Assembly (NCBI GenBank): GCA_044440125.1
Contig: JBITAJ010000015.1
Location: forward strand, 224,001 to 288,000
Direction of reading: 5' to 3'
DNA from: Sedimentisphaeraceae bacterium JB056
Lineage (GTDB): Bacteria > Planctomycetota > Phycisphaerae > Sedimentisphaerales > Sedimentisphaeraceae
DNA length: 64,000 bases
Shown here: piece by piece, positions 17,624 to 29,960 of the stretch
Layout: each line of letters begins with the position of its first letter
Position numbering within the stretch: the stretch's first letter is position 1
The notes under the pieces: generated by a model
What the model was told of the DNA's origin: nothing
The model's input: the letters and a program-made list of their open reading frames with translations, nothing else
The model's database searches: none
Program-made: the position numbers and the translations under genes

Positions 17624-20278
17624 TTAGAAACTTATTTCCGAGTCGAATATTTTAAACTCGACAACATGTACGCTTGTGTTAACATTGTTTCGGAGCATGT
17701 TGAGCCTCACATATCTTGCTTTTGCTCCATCGGGATGAGCTATTTTGAATTTATGCAGATGCCCAAGGCTTGTCGCCATCTCTGTATTCTGTGACATATC
17801 AATGATTAGTGACCAGTTTTCACCGTCTGTCGAAGTTTCTATTGTATATTGATAGTATCTGCCGTTACCCCAGTAGGGATACACTTGGAAGCCGAAGATT
17901 GTTTCTGTTTTTTCAAGATCGACAGTTAGTGAAGCAGGTGCAGTTGCCCACCATGAAGATTGAAGGTTAGTATTGTTATCTACAGCAAGTTCCGGTTTAT
18001 GTCCATGTTCAATTCCTGTCGCTGTAACGGGCTTTTTTACGGCTATTCCTTGCGGAGTATCAAGACCAGGACCGCTGCCTTGTTCCCACATAACTGTGCC
18101 GTATTTCTCCCACATTTCTTTGCTTATTTCATAAGCATCTCCAGAAGGCTCTGTTGGCAGAATGCTTGTACTGTTGTACCAGTTATTTTTGAACTCGGCA
18201 GTCAGCTTATTGGAATCGATGTCTTTGAGATTTACGGCATTCGGCAGGTTCTCTTCGAGATTATTCAAGTATATTTCCCATTGTGGAATGATGTAGTCCG
18301 ACATATAACCAGACCATTCTTTTATCGCATATGTACCTATATTCCCACCCCAATCGGTTATCTGACGCTTTGCATTCCATTCAAGCAGTTGTTTTTCCTG
18401 AGGGTCGTTGCTGAGGTTGCGAAATCCTTCTATCCATTTGCCCAGAAGAAAATGTTCTGAACAGCCCATAAGTTTGTCAAAATCCCTTATGTATTGAAGC
18501 ATCTGAGCAGAAGACTGCTTGAATGCAGGCAAGTTTTGAGCTTCGTAGGCATTTCTGATCTTTGCGGTATAATGAGGGGCGTATATTCCCATTGCTTCAC
18601 GTCCGAGATTTATGAGGTCGAATTCGTATGCTTTACTTGTTTTGAGTTCTTTTCCGGCATCAAGCAAGCATTTCCATGCTTTGACTATATTCATATCAGG
18701 GCCGGAGTCAGGTAGTAGCTGTGGAGTAAAACAAAGAGGTGAACTGCCGGTTCTTTCTTGCGAGATGTAGCGACTTTTATATAAGGTTTCCCATGCCTTC
18801 TCTGCTGATTCGCTCTTAGTGCCATATCGTTTGATGATGTATTCATCTTTCCATTTTTCAAGATCAGTTACACCATCAGACCACATCATATCGAAAAGAA
18901 GCTCGAATACAACAGGGTTATAGCAAAGACCTTCCATTGCTATTCCGATTCCGGAAACATTACCTTTATCGGGTGAATTTTGCATCATATTGTAATTGTC
19001 AAATATCTGTTGAAGTCCGCCATAGATATCGACTTGATCGCCAAAGTTTTGTATTGCGCACCATATCCACTCCTTGCCATACCAACCATCTTGACGAAAC
19101 CATCCTGTCCATTGGCGGCTGTCGCCATGCAGTTCAAGAGCAAGCATGCGGTTATTTGGAATGGCATCAAAGAAAGTTTTGGTTCTGTCTTTTTTCCAGT
19201 AATGCCAGTCAAATTGAGGACTTTTACAGAACCATGTCATGAGAACCCATTTACCTTGAGGGTCTGCAGTGTCAATAGATGAGAATATGAGTTTGGCCAT
19301 ATTGGCTATATATGCTGGATCCGTACTTGGCGGATTCATTTCGTTAAACGGGTCTATTGAGTAGTAGTGGTCAGTACCATATATTTCTTGTTGCTTTTCA
19401 AGGAAAGTTGTTCCTATCTTGAGGAAAAGAGGGTCTTGCCAATCTAACGAAAGGGTTGGTTTGAATCCCTGCCAACTCAACTCATGCACTTTGATATGAG
19501 GAAATTTGCGTTTGAGAGCTTGCGGGATGTGTCCTGAGAAACCGGCTAATATAGGTTTCATGCCAAGGCTTCTTGCACGCTGCAGTATTTTTTTCTGCAG
19601 TTTCGATTGTAATTCTATTACTGATTGGGGCAGAGGGCCGCCCCAGCCGTCAAGATTTCCCATCCACTGCCACGGATACCATGCAGGGCCTGCGAAAAAG
19701 TCAGTAAGTTCTTCTTTATTTATTCCCAATTCTTCGTATGTTAACTGCCAAACTTTTTCCTGTCCCAGAAGGCAAAGCGGCAGGTCGATTCCGTTTAATG
19801 CCATTATATCAAGCATTCTTTCCCACTGAGGCCATTGCCAGTAAGCCATTGAATAGCCGTAAACGCAGTTGTTGAAGAAGTAACGGTATTTCATTGGTGT
19901 TGTTTGGCGGACTTTAGCTTTGAGTTTTGGAAGGGGGGAAGGTAGATTGAGATTGTCTCCTCTCCAAGAAACACTGCAATTGCACATTTCATTGAGATAC
20001 CATTTAAGCCCGCGGCAAGCAGAGACACCTGATGAGCCGCGTATTATGATTTTGCTGGCAAGTGATTCTATCTCAAATACGTCAAAACCATTGTCTGTGG
20101 GTATTGATTCAAATGCGAATCTAGAGGCAGTTTCTTCACTCAGGAGCCTGGTTGCTACTTCGCTGGCGCTTTGTATTTGCTGCTCAGATGTTGTTGAGGC
20201 GTTGGATACGGCAGTAATTATCAGAATGCAGAATAACAGATGCAGACTTTTAATATAAAATTTGACTTTTTTCATCAT
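17624..20278 (-). CDS. Alpha-N-acetylglucosaminidase (GH89) with C-terminal F5/8 type C (CBM32-like) domain
   Basis: RYFFNNCVYGYSMAYW.W..WE, WMGNLDGWGGPL, DPFNEM and NAKRQITDWG. C-terminal discoidin 'VDL...YQY.IETS.DG..W...ARYVR'. Confidence 0.9.
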   Translation of the reverse strand: MMKKVKFYIKSLHLLFCILIITAVSNASTTSEQQIQSASEVATRLLSEETASRFAFESIPTDNGFDVFEIESLASKIIIRGSSGVSACRGLKWYLNEMCNCSVSWRGDNLNLPSPLPKLKAKVRQTTPMKYRYFFNNCVYGYSMAYWQWPQWERMLDIMALNGIDLPLCLLGQEKVWQLTYEELGINKEELTDFFAGPAWYPWQWMGNLDGWGGPLPQSVIELQSKLQKKILQRARSLGMKPILAGFSGHIPQALKRKFPHIKVHELSWQGFKPTLSLDWQDPLFLKIGTTFLEKQQEIYGTDHYYSIDPFNEMNPPSTDPAYIANMAKLIFSSIDTADPQGKWVLMTWFCKSPQFDWHYWKKDRTKTFFDAIPNNRMLALELHGDSRQWTGWFRQDGWYGKEWIWCAIQNFGDQVDIYGGLQQIFDNYNMMQNSPDKGNVSGIGIAMEGLCYNPVVFELLFDMMWSDGVTDLEKWKDEYIIKRYGTKSESAEKAWETLYKSRYISQERTGSSPLCFTPQLLPDSGPDMNIVKAWKCLLDAGKELKTSKAYEFDLINLGREAMGIYAPHYTAKIRNAYEAQNLPAFKQSSAQMLQYIRDFDKLMGCSEHFLLGKWIEGFRNLSNDPQEKQLLEWNAKRQITDWGGNIGTYAIKEWSGYMSDYIIPQWEIYLNNLEENLPNAVNLKDIDSNKLTAEFKNNWYNSTSILPTEPSGDAYEISKEMWEKYGTVMWEQGSGPGLDTPQGIAVKKPVTATGIEHGHKPELAVDNNTNLQSSWWATAPASLTVDLEKTETIFGFQVYPYWGNGRYYQYTIETSTDGENWSLIIDMSQNTEMATSLGHLHKFKIAHPDGAKARYVRLNMLRNNVNTSVHVVEFKIFDSEISF

Positions 20279-20316
20279 TTCTCTCTAAAGCTTAAAGTTG
20301 CAAATTTGTTTTACTC

Positions 20317-20336
20317 AAGGGTAAACGTTTGCCTTT
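20317..20336. promoter_or_regulatory. Putative LacI-family operator upstream of GH89
   Basis: AAGGGTAAAC|GTTTGCCTTT, a dyad with a central AAACGTTT, 39 bp upstream of the start codon. Confidence 0.5.
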
Positions 20337-20445
20337 ATTATTGCTTAAAAAGAGAGGAAATCAAGTTTAATTTTACTTAATACCCTTAAACCTGCTAAAA
20401 GCTGAACAGAGAGATAGAAGTTGTTTTTTATTTGGAATCAGGTTT

Positions 20446-20628
20446 TTATTGCTCTGAAGCCATGTCAGCTTCGATTTCCTGTTCCATTTTATCCAGTTCA
20501 GAGCTTAGGTTTTCTTTTGTGATTTCAGGTTTATCGTTTGCCTTGGTCGGCTCGGAAGCTCTTTTGCAACCGGGCATAAGTAATAATACTGTAGCTAAAA
20601 GTAGAACTATAAAGTATTTTGAACGCAT
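20446..20628 (-). CDS. Small lipoprotein, unknown function
   Basis: Signal ending MPGC, AGGAG RBS, acidic helical C-terminus. Confidence 0.7.
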   Translation of the reverse strand: MRSKYFIVLLLATVLLLMPGCKRASEPTKANDKPEITKENLSSELDKMEQEIEADMASEQ

Positions 20629-20682
20629 TTTTTTCTCCTAAAATAAAAGTATGCAGGCAATTAGCCTGCTTTTACTTTCTGC

Positions 20683-21222
20683 TTAATCGTCATCATCTTC
20701 ATTGTTATCGCTGTCATCGCTATCATCATCTCCATCATCATCGTCTTTTTCTGTCTTTTCTTTTGATGATTGAGATTTGATCTTTTCTAACTTCTCTTCA
20801 TGACGTTTCTGTTCTTTCTCCATTAGGGATTCTATTCTTGCAATGGCTTTTTCGTCATCTGCTTCTTTGGCTACATCAAGCATTTTCTGAAGGCGTTCTT
20901 GTCTTTGGTTGTGCTTGGAAACTTCCTTTTCAGACTTTTCCTGGAATTTTTCGAGTCGTTTTTCTCTTGCTTGAGAGCCTTTATCTGCGGATTTCTCTTC
21001 TTTCTTAGACTTTCCCTTTTCTGCGTTTTCTTTGCCTTTTTCAGCTTTTTCCCGAGCTTCTTCCTTCGCTTTTTCTCTGGCTTCTTCCTGTCTGTCAGCC
21101 TGTTTCATATCAGCTTTTTTGCCAGAACCTTTTGCCTTTTGGGCTTTATCGGATTTTGCCATTAGAGAAGTTGAAAATAACAGCAAAGAGATAATTGCTA
21201 ACGTTGTAATGAGATGTTTCAT
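20683..21222 (-). CDS. Secreted highly charged low-complexity protein with poly-Asp tail
   Basis: Signal peptide, K/E-rich helix, D-rich C-terminus, AAGGA RBS. Confidence 0.75.
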   Translation of the reverse strand: MKHLITTLAIISLLLFSTSLMAKSDKAQKAKGSGKKADMKQADRQEEAREKAKEEAREKAEKGKENAEKGKSKKEEKSADKGSQAREKRLEKFQEKSEKEVSKHNQRQERLQKMLDVAKEADDEKAIARIESLMEKEQKRHEEKLEKIKSQSSKEKTEKDDDDGDDDSDDSDNNEDDDD

Positions 21223-21303
21223 TTTACCATTCCTTAATAAATGAATTTTTCGAAGACATAATCTTTATTCCTACCTGTAAATCTGATTCTACAGCATTGG
21301 TAT

Positions 21304-21339
21304 AGGAGTGTCAAGGTTTTAAATGCTTTTGACACTCCT
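21304..21339. terminator. Inverted repeat downstream of CoA-disulfide reductase gene
   Basis: AGGAGTGTCAA-N14-TTGACACTCCT with a perfect 11-bp stem. No U-tract on the minus strand. Confidence 0.5.
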
Positions 21340-21357
21340 GATGTCGTTCGGCTTTTC

Positions 21358-23808
21358 TTATATGAAAAGATTTACGTTGGATTTTTCCGCTTTTCCAAGA
21401 TACATCGCAACGCCGCCTGTCTCAACACCGTCTATGAGTTCTTCTTTCTTGATTCCCATCAAATCCATTGACATAGCACAGGCAACAAGTCTTACGCCGT
21501 TTGCTTTGGCATTCTCTATTAACTCAGGCAGCGAAGATACGTTTTTCTTCTTCATTATGCCCTTTATCATTATTGTTCCCATTCCTCCCATGTTCATCTT
21601 TGATAGAGTGGTTTTTTCAGGGCCTCGCGGCATCATAAAGCCGAACATCTTCTCTATAAGGTTCTTTTTGACAGAGACGTGCTCTTTCTTTCTCAGCAGG
21701 TTGAGTCCCCAGAAAGTGAAAAATAGGGTCACGTCACTTCCTGTTGATGCTGCACCATTAGCGATAATGAACGCCGCCATTGCTTTATCAAAATCATTGC
21801 TGAATACTACCATTGTTTTACTGTTGGATCTGTCTGTGGGGCTTTGCGGTGAATCCTGATGGCTGCCTTTGGTTATTACAGCTCTGTAGCCGTCTCCGCT
21901 TGGTTTGAGTTCAATCAGGCTGTTTCCTGAGCTTTCACACCATGCAGGGATGTCAGCAACGAAGCCGGGATCGGTACTGGTGATTGCGATTGTCTGGCCA
22001 TCGTCAGCTTCATTCATAGCGTTTTTGAGTTTCATCACTGGTCCCGGACATTGAAGTCCGCAGGCGTCTATTTCTCTTGTTATTTCTGACATATTTTTAT
22101 CTCCACCAGAAGAGTTTTCTTTTTGAGTTGTTTTGACCGCGGCAGGTGATTCTGCCTTTGCTGTTGCCGCTTTGTATGTAGTCATTCCGCCAGATAGGTT
22201 CCTGCACTTGAAACCATTCTGGAGCAGAATCCTTGATGCAATGTAGCCGGTGAGTCCTACTCTGCAGAATACGAGAAGCTCCTTGTCTTTTGGAAGTTCA
22301 CTCAGCCTGTTTCGAAGTTGCGCCAAGGGGATATTTAGAGATTCTGGTATAGTTCCTGTCTGGACTTCATCAGATGTTCGAACATCAAGTGCGACCTGAT
22401 TCTCATTAATATTCAGCATGTCTTCCCAGTGGCAGACAGGCATATTCCCGTCGATTATGTTTGATGCTACAAAGCCGGCATAATTTACCGGGTCTTTTGC
22501 AGAACCGTATGGCGGAGCGTAAGAGAGTTCAAGTTCGCTGAGATCATGGACAGTCATTTTCCCCCTTATTGCCGCAGCGAAAACATCGATACGTTTGTCT
22601 ACACCTTTTGTACCAACTGCCTGAGCACCAAGAACCAGCCCGTTTTCAGGATCGAAAAGCATTTTAAGGCTTATCGTGGATGCCCCGGGATAATAGCCGG
22701 CATGGTCAGAAGGATGGATATATATTTTTTCGTAATTCCTGCCTATTCTTTTAAGTGTTTTCTCGTTTAGTCCCGTAGAGCCTGCTGTGATGTTAAATAT
22801 TTTGCAGACAGAAGTTCCTTGCGTGCCGCTGTATGAGCAATTGCCGCCCAAAATATTTTCCGCAGCGATTCTACCTTGCTTATTAGCAGGGCCGGCAAGT
22901 GGTATTACCGTCTTGAAACCGCCGACATAGTCCTCGACTTCTATCGCATCACCAACAGCATAGATATCCGGGGCGGAGGTCTGCATTTGTTTGTTAACTA
23001 AGATTCCGCCTCTTTCACCTATTTCGAGTCCGGCATCAACAGCAAGCTTTGTTTCCGGCTTTACGCCTATAGCAAGTATTATCATATCGCTTTTTAACTG
23101 CTGCCCATCTTCAAGAACGGCATTAAGAGTATCGCCGTCCTGGTGTATTTTTTGCAATTTACAGCCAAGCTTCAGATCTATGCCGTTTAAATTGAGGCAT
23201 GTATGTATCGGCTGAGCCATTTCACGGTCGAATGGTGCAAATGCCTGATGCATTGCTTCTATCAGTGAAACTTCTATACCTCTTTCTACCAATGCTTCTG
23301 CTGTTTCAAGTCCTATGAAGCCTGCTCCCACGACAATGGCTTTTGAGGGTTTGTCGTTGTCAACTACCTGCTTGATCTTATCCATATCGGGTATTGAACG
23401 AAGAGTAAATACTCTGTGGTGATCAACGCCTTCCATTGGCGGCACAAACGGTGCTGCGCCCGGGCTTAATATCAGGTTGTCGTATGGTACTGAGTATTCA
23501 CTATTGTCATCAAGGTTTTTTGCCAGCACCTCTTTTTTGTTGCGGTCTATTTTAATCACTTCCGTCTTGATTCTTACATCAATATTGAAACGGTTTTTCA
23601 TACCCTGTGGTGTTTGCACGAGAAGCTGGTCTCGCTCTTTTATGACACCGCCTATATGATACGGCAGGCCGCAATTTGCGAATGAGATATATTCGCCGCG
23701 TTCGAATACTGTTATTTCTGCGTTTTCGGAGAGCCTTCTTGCACGTGTCGCTGCTGAAGCACCGCCTGCTACGCCTCCAATTATGACTATTTTTTTGTTA
23801 TTGTTCAT
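21358..23808 (-). CDS. CoA-disulfide/persulfide reductase fused to rhodanese, TusA (SirA) and DsrE-like domains
   Basis: GGVAGG, SFANCGLPY, YAPPY; rhodanese DVR...FCRVG; TusA DACGLQCPGP; DsrE FFTFWGL...ACAMSMD. Confidence 0.9.
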   Translation of the reverse strand: MNNNKKIVIIGGVAGGASAATRARRLSENAEITVFERGEYISFANCGLPYHIGGVIKERDQLLVQTPQGMKNRFNIDVRIKTEVIKIDRNKKEVLAKNLDDNSEYSVPYDNLILSPGAAPFVPPMEGVDHHRVFTLRSIPDMDKIKQVVDNDKPSKAIVVGAGFIGLETAEALVERGIEVSLIEAMHQAFAPFDREMAQPIHTCLNLNGIDLKLGCKLQKIHQDGDTLNAVLEDGQQLKSDMIILAIGVKPETKLAVDAGLEIGERGGILVNKQMQTSAPDIYAVGDAIEVEDYVGGFKTVIPLAGPANKQGRIAAENILGGNCSYSGTQGTSVCKIFNITAGSTGLNEKTLKRIGRNYEKIYIHPSDHAGYYPGASTISLKMLFDPENGLVLGAQAVGTKGVDKRIDVFAAAIRGKMTVHDLSELELSYAPPYGSAKDPVNYAGFVASNIIDGNMPVCHWEDMLNINENQVALDVRTSDEVQTGTIPESLNIPLAQLRNRLSELPKDKELLVFCRVGLTGYIASRILLQNGFKCRNLSGGMTTYKAATAKAESPAAVKTTQKENSSGGDKNMSEITREIDACGLQCPGPVMKLKNAMNEADDGQTIAITSTDPGFVADIPAWCESSGNSLIELKPSGDGYRAVITKGSHQDSPQSPTDRSNSKTMVVFSNDFDKAMAAFIIANGAASTGSDVTLFFTFWGLNLLRKKEHVSVKKNLIEKMFGFMMPRGPEKTTLSKMNMGGMGTIMIKGIMKKKNVSSLPELIENAKANGVRLVACAMSMDLMGIKKEELIDGVETGGVAMYLGKAEKSNVNLFI

Positions 23809-23820
23809 TTTGTCCTCCGT

Positions 23821-24126
23821 TTATTTGTCTAATTTGCAGTTTTTTGTAATACATTCAAGCAAAGACGGTAGTTGCGGTGATTTGATTTTATAATATACGG
23901 TACGGCCTCTTCTTTCGCTGCTCAAAAGGTCATGTCCCTTTAAGAGGCGAAGGTGTTCGCATGTCTGACTTGGTGATGTTTTGCACATTTCCGCAATCTC
24001 GTGCACGGCAAATTCACCCTGCATCAGCACATTGACTATTCGCAGTCTTACCGGATGAGCCATCACTTTCAGGCATTCGGCAGCCCTGTCAAGAATTTCA
24101 AACGATAAAAGCTCTGGTTTTTCCAT
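23821..24126 (-). CDS. ArsR/SmtB family transcriptional repressor
   Basis: LKVMAHPVRLRI, HLRLL, ERRGRTVYY. Five Cys residues. Confidence 0.9.
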   Translation of the reverse strand: MEKPELLSFEILDRAAECLKVMAHPVRLRIVNVLMQGEFAVHEIAEMCKTSPSQTCEHLRLLKGHDLLSSERRGRTVYYKIKSPQLPSLLECITKNCKLDK

Positions 24127-24152
24127 TTTAATATCCTCTGTTAAATATTAAT

Positions 24153-24179
24153 ATATCGAGATATTACGATATTACGATG
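24153..24179. promoter_or_regulatory. Putative ArsR operator
   Basis: ATATCG-N8-CGATAT dyad (24153-24172) overlapping a tandem GATATTAC repeat, just upstream of arsR. Confidence 0.55.
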
Positions 24180-24222
24180 TTTTGGTTCGGAAAACAAGAA
24201 GTTTTTATAATTTTAATTGATA

Positions 24223-25050
24223 TTACTGATTTCTGAATTTTCCAGGCGGTAGACCCGTTAACTTCCTGAATTGTGAGCTGAATTCATAGACATTTGTATA
24301 ACCCAGTTGATATGCTATACTTACAAGCGGTTCGTTACGGTTGACGAGCAAGAGTCTTTTTGCCTCATCAATTCTTCTGCGAAGCCTGTATTGAGAAGGG
24401 GAGATGCCTGTTTCTGATTTGAAAATTTTTCTGAAGTTTTCATAACCCCATCCGTTTTCCTTACAAAACAGTTTAAGGTCGATTCTCTGATGTAAATCTT
24501 GAGTGAGCAGCCTGCATGCACGCATGACTATATTTTGATTTACAGAGTACTGGTTTGGTGTTGTAGCTATTATCTGCTGCTGCATTTCTATGAATTGCGG
24601 CAACAGCATTCTGAGTTGACTATTATTGCAATTTTCAAGTGTCCTGCGGAATTGAGCAATGGTTTCAGGTATGCTTCTGTCTATTACTGATTTGCCGCAT
24701 GGTTTTGTTGTATCTATCATTCCCATTTGGCATAAAGTATTGCAAAGACCAGTCCCGAAATCGATAAAGCATTCAATCCACTGATCGTCTTGTCCAATGA
24801 ATGTTGAATGGGTAAATCCGGGTATTCTTTGGAAGAAGCTGCCTTGCGAAAGTCCCCATTCTCCAATGCTGCATTTATAACTTCCTGTGCCGTTAATCAC
24901 ATAGCTGAGAGAGTATGTTGGAGGGTCGAAATTATAATGATCGATTCCGGGACGTTTTTTCATGAAGCCTGCACCTATAAGTTCGCGGGAACCGGCAGGC
25001 CCCATTGTTCTGTGAAACGGGCCTGGTTGAAACTCAAAATCAAAAATCAT
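24223..25050 (-). CDS. AraC family transcriptional regulator
   Basis: C-terminal FRKIFK..TGISPSQY, IAYQLGY...FS.QFRK.TG.PP.KFR. Divergent from GH2. Confidence 0.9.
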   Translation of the reverse strand: MIFDFEFQPGPFHRTMGPAGSRELIGAGFMKKRPGIDHYNFDPPTYSLSYVINGTGSYKCSIGEWGLSQGSFFQRIPGFTHSTFIGQDDQWIECFIDFGTGLCNTLCQMGMIDTTKPCGKSVIDRSIPETIAQFRRTLENCNNSQLRMLLPQFIEMQQQIIATTPNQYSVNQNIVMRACRLLTQDLHQRIDLKLFCKENGWGYENFRKIFKSETGISPSQYRLRRRIDEAKRLLLVNRNEPLVSIAYQLGYTNVYEFSSQFRKLTGLPPGKFRNQ

Positions 25051-25069
25051 TTTTCACCATATAATAAAA

Positions 25070-25098
25070 TACCATTTAACGTAAAAAGTTTACCATTT
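25070..25098 (+). promoter_or_regulatory. Putative AraC binding half-sites
   Basis: TACCATTT at 25070 and 25091, exactly 21 bp apart, in the araC/lacZ intergenic region. Confidence 0.5.
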
Positions 25099-25148
25099 TC
25101 CAGATTGAATTGCAAGCAGGTTTGTATTAATATGTTTTTTTAACTTGA

Positions 25149-28325
<3,177 letters not shown>

Positions 28326-28330
28326 AAATC

Positions 28331-28367
28331 AAAACGCTGATGGCAATACAAGTCGTCAGCGTTTTTT
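28331..28367 (+). terminator. Rho-independent terminator after lacZ
   Basis: AAAACGCTGATGGC...GTCGTCAGCGTTTTTT. Confidence 0.75.
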
Positions 28368-28504
28368 ATGTGGTGGTTTGGGTAGTTGAATGTGTGGGAA
28401 ATAACTTGTGTATTATTTGTTTGATAATATAATTATTGACGTTGATTGTTGGAAAACCTATTTCTAAAAGTTTTTATGAATCTTTGTGTTTTGAAAGGAA
28501 AAAT

Positions 28505-28822
28505 ATGAAAAAAGGATTTGTCCTTACAATTTTATTGTCAATGTCATTTTTTTTAACATCCTGTACAGTAGTAGGAACTGTTTATAAGCATGATAATATT
28601 CAACAGTTAAAAGTAGGAATGACAGAGCAAGAAGTGATTAACATTCTCGGAGCTGAACCGTTTTCTCGCAGTGCTTTAAATGGTGGGTATCTTTTACAAT
28701 GGCAATATTCCTATGGCACTGCATTGGCAACTTGTGGAGCAAGGCATCTTGCTGTCTTGTTTTCGAATGACGGGAAAATGATTAAGGTTACTCAAGATAC
28801 GAGAGTTGGTGAAAGTTTATGA
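28505..28822 (+). CDS. SmpA/OmlA (BamE-like) small lipoprotein
   Basis: Lipobox LTSC and 'IQQLKVGMTEQEVINILGAEP'. ATG 28505 follows AAGGA. Confidence 0.7.
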   Translation: MKKGFVLTILLSMSFFLTSCTVVGTVYKHDNIQQLKVGMTEQEVINILGAEPFSRSALNGGYLLQWQYSYGTALATCGARHLAVLFSNDGKMIKVTQDTRVGESL

Positions 28823-28881
28823 GTATAGACAGACGTTTTTTTTTGATTAGATTCTTGAATTAATTGAAAGGGGGATGCTGA

Positions 28882-29460
28882 ATGTCGAAGTATATATTCT
28901 TTTTGGTTCTCACTATAGTTATAGTTGTTTCTGTAATGATATTTAATGGTGATAGTGTTTCAGACGATGACCTGGAATTAGAAGTATTAGCAGGTATTCT
29001 CGAAAAAGAAGAATCAGAAGCGGTCTTGTGTTTTTCTGAATATAATTGGAATGATGGTGAGAAGATTTATTTTGATTTACAAGAAAAATATCCTAAGTGC
29101 TGTTTTTCTCCAATGCTTGTTCCTATTGATGGTGCTTATTGCGTTACATTATGCGTTCCAGAGAAAGACTACAATGAGTTTTCGTTAGAAAGTAAGAGAA
29201 AATTATTGAATTATGCTTCATCTTTTGTCCCTGTCGCTAAAAAATATCCAAGCAGGTATTTGATTTTATCACCAACAGCACCAATCTTTAAAACGGGCAT
29301 AATTGATACATGGGTTAATCCAATGGATTCAAAAAGTTGTGCTATTACGGTCGGAGAAATTGAATACGGATATTATTATGAAACAGGAACAGGGCGTCAG
29401 ATTTATGGAGAATATATTGCTGAAAAATTTCATGTTACATACAACGAGCTTAAGTTTTAG
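28882..29460 (+). CDS. Hypothetical protein with N-terminal TM/signal anchor
   Basis: 192-aa ORF, G-rich RBS, low GC. No recognised motif. Confidence 0.6.
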   Translation: MSKYIFFLVLTIVIVVSVMIFNGDSVSDDDLELEVLAGILEKEESEAVLCFSEYNWNDGEKIYFDLQEKYPKCCFSPMLVPIDGAYCVTLCVPEKDYNEFSLESKRKLLNYASSFVPVAKKYPSRYLILSPTAPIFKTGIIDTWVNPMDSKSCAITVGEIEYGYYYETGTGRQIYGEYIAEKFHVTYNELKF

Positions 29461-29833
29461 TTTTTGTCTTTGCCTTAGGTTTTTCGTCTTCTTGTTCTGT
29501 ATGCGTGGCGATGTCGTGAAGCAGGAAGTAGTTGAGGATTGTCCTTATTGCGATTATGGCCGCAAGCTGACCAATGTCGGTCCAGTTAGGTGCAAGCGTG
29601 GTTTTTAGGATGCTTGCGCCGATTAGAAAGCCAAGAGCCAGAGAAAATGAGTAGCCCAGTTCCATGCGGCTTGCGTTGACAGCCTCTGCCGAACGGCCGG
29701 GGGTTAATACATCTGAGAGGTATATCTTAAGAGCTTTGACAATGCCAATAGAAAGTACGATCATCGCGAGAAACTGACATATTATCACAATTATGTTATT
29801 GAGTATCTGCAGCCAATTCATTAATAGATCCAT
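29450..29833 (-). CDS. DUF1622 family membrane protein
   Basis: R.ELG.S.SLAL.FLIGA.ILKT..AP.W.DIG.LAAI..IRT.LNYFL. Confidence 0.85.
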   Translation of the reverse strand: MDLLMNWLQILNNIIVIICQFLAMIVLSIGIVKALKIYLSDVLTPGRSAEAVNASRMELGYSFSLALGFLIGASILKTTLAPNWTDIGQLAAIIAIRTILNYFLLHDIATHTEQEDEKPKAKTKTKT

Positions 29834-29960
29834 GAGAGACTCCTCCCTAAAAGTTAGTCAGAATACTATATTATGCCTTTGATTATCTATTATATCTTGA
29901 TTTATGCATTAAGTCAACAATATGAAATCAATGGGTTTTCTCTATTGGTACTGGTGCAGA

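Noticed and set aside
20683..20750. TCATCA/TCGTCA-like short repeats
   Set aside because: They are poly-Asp codons, not a CRISPR array or DNA repeat element.
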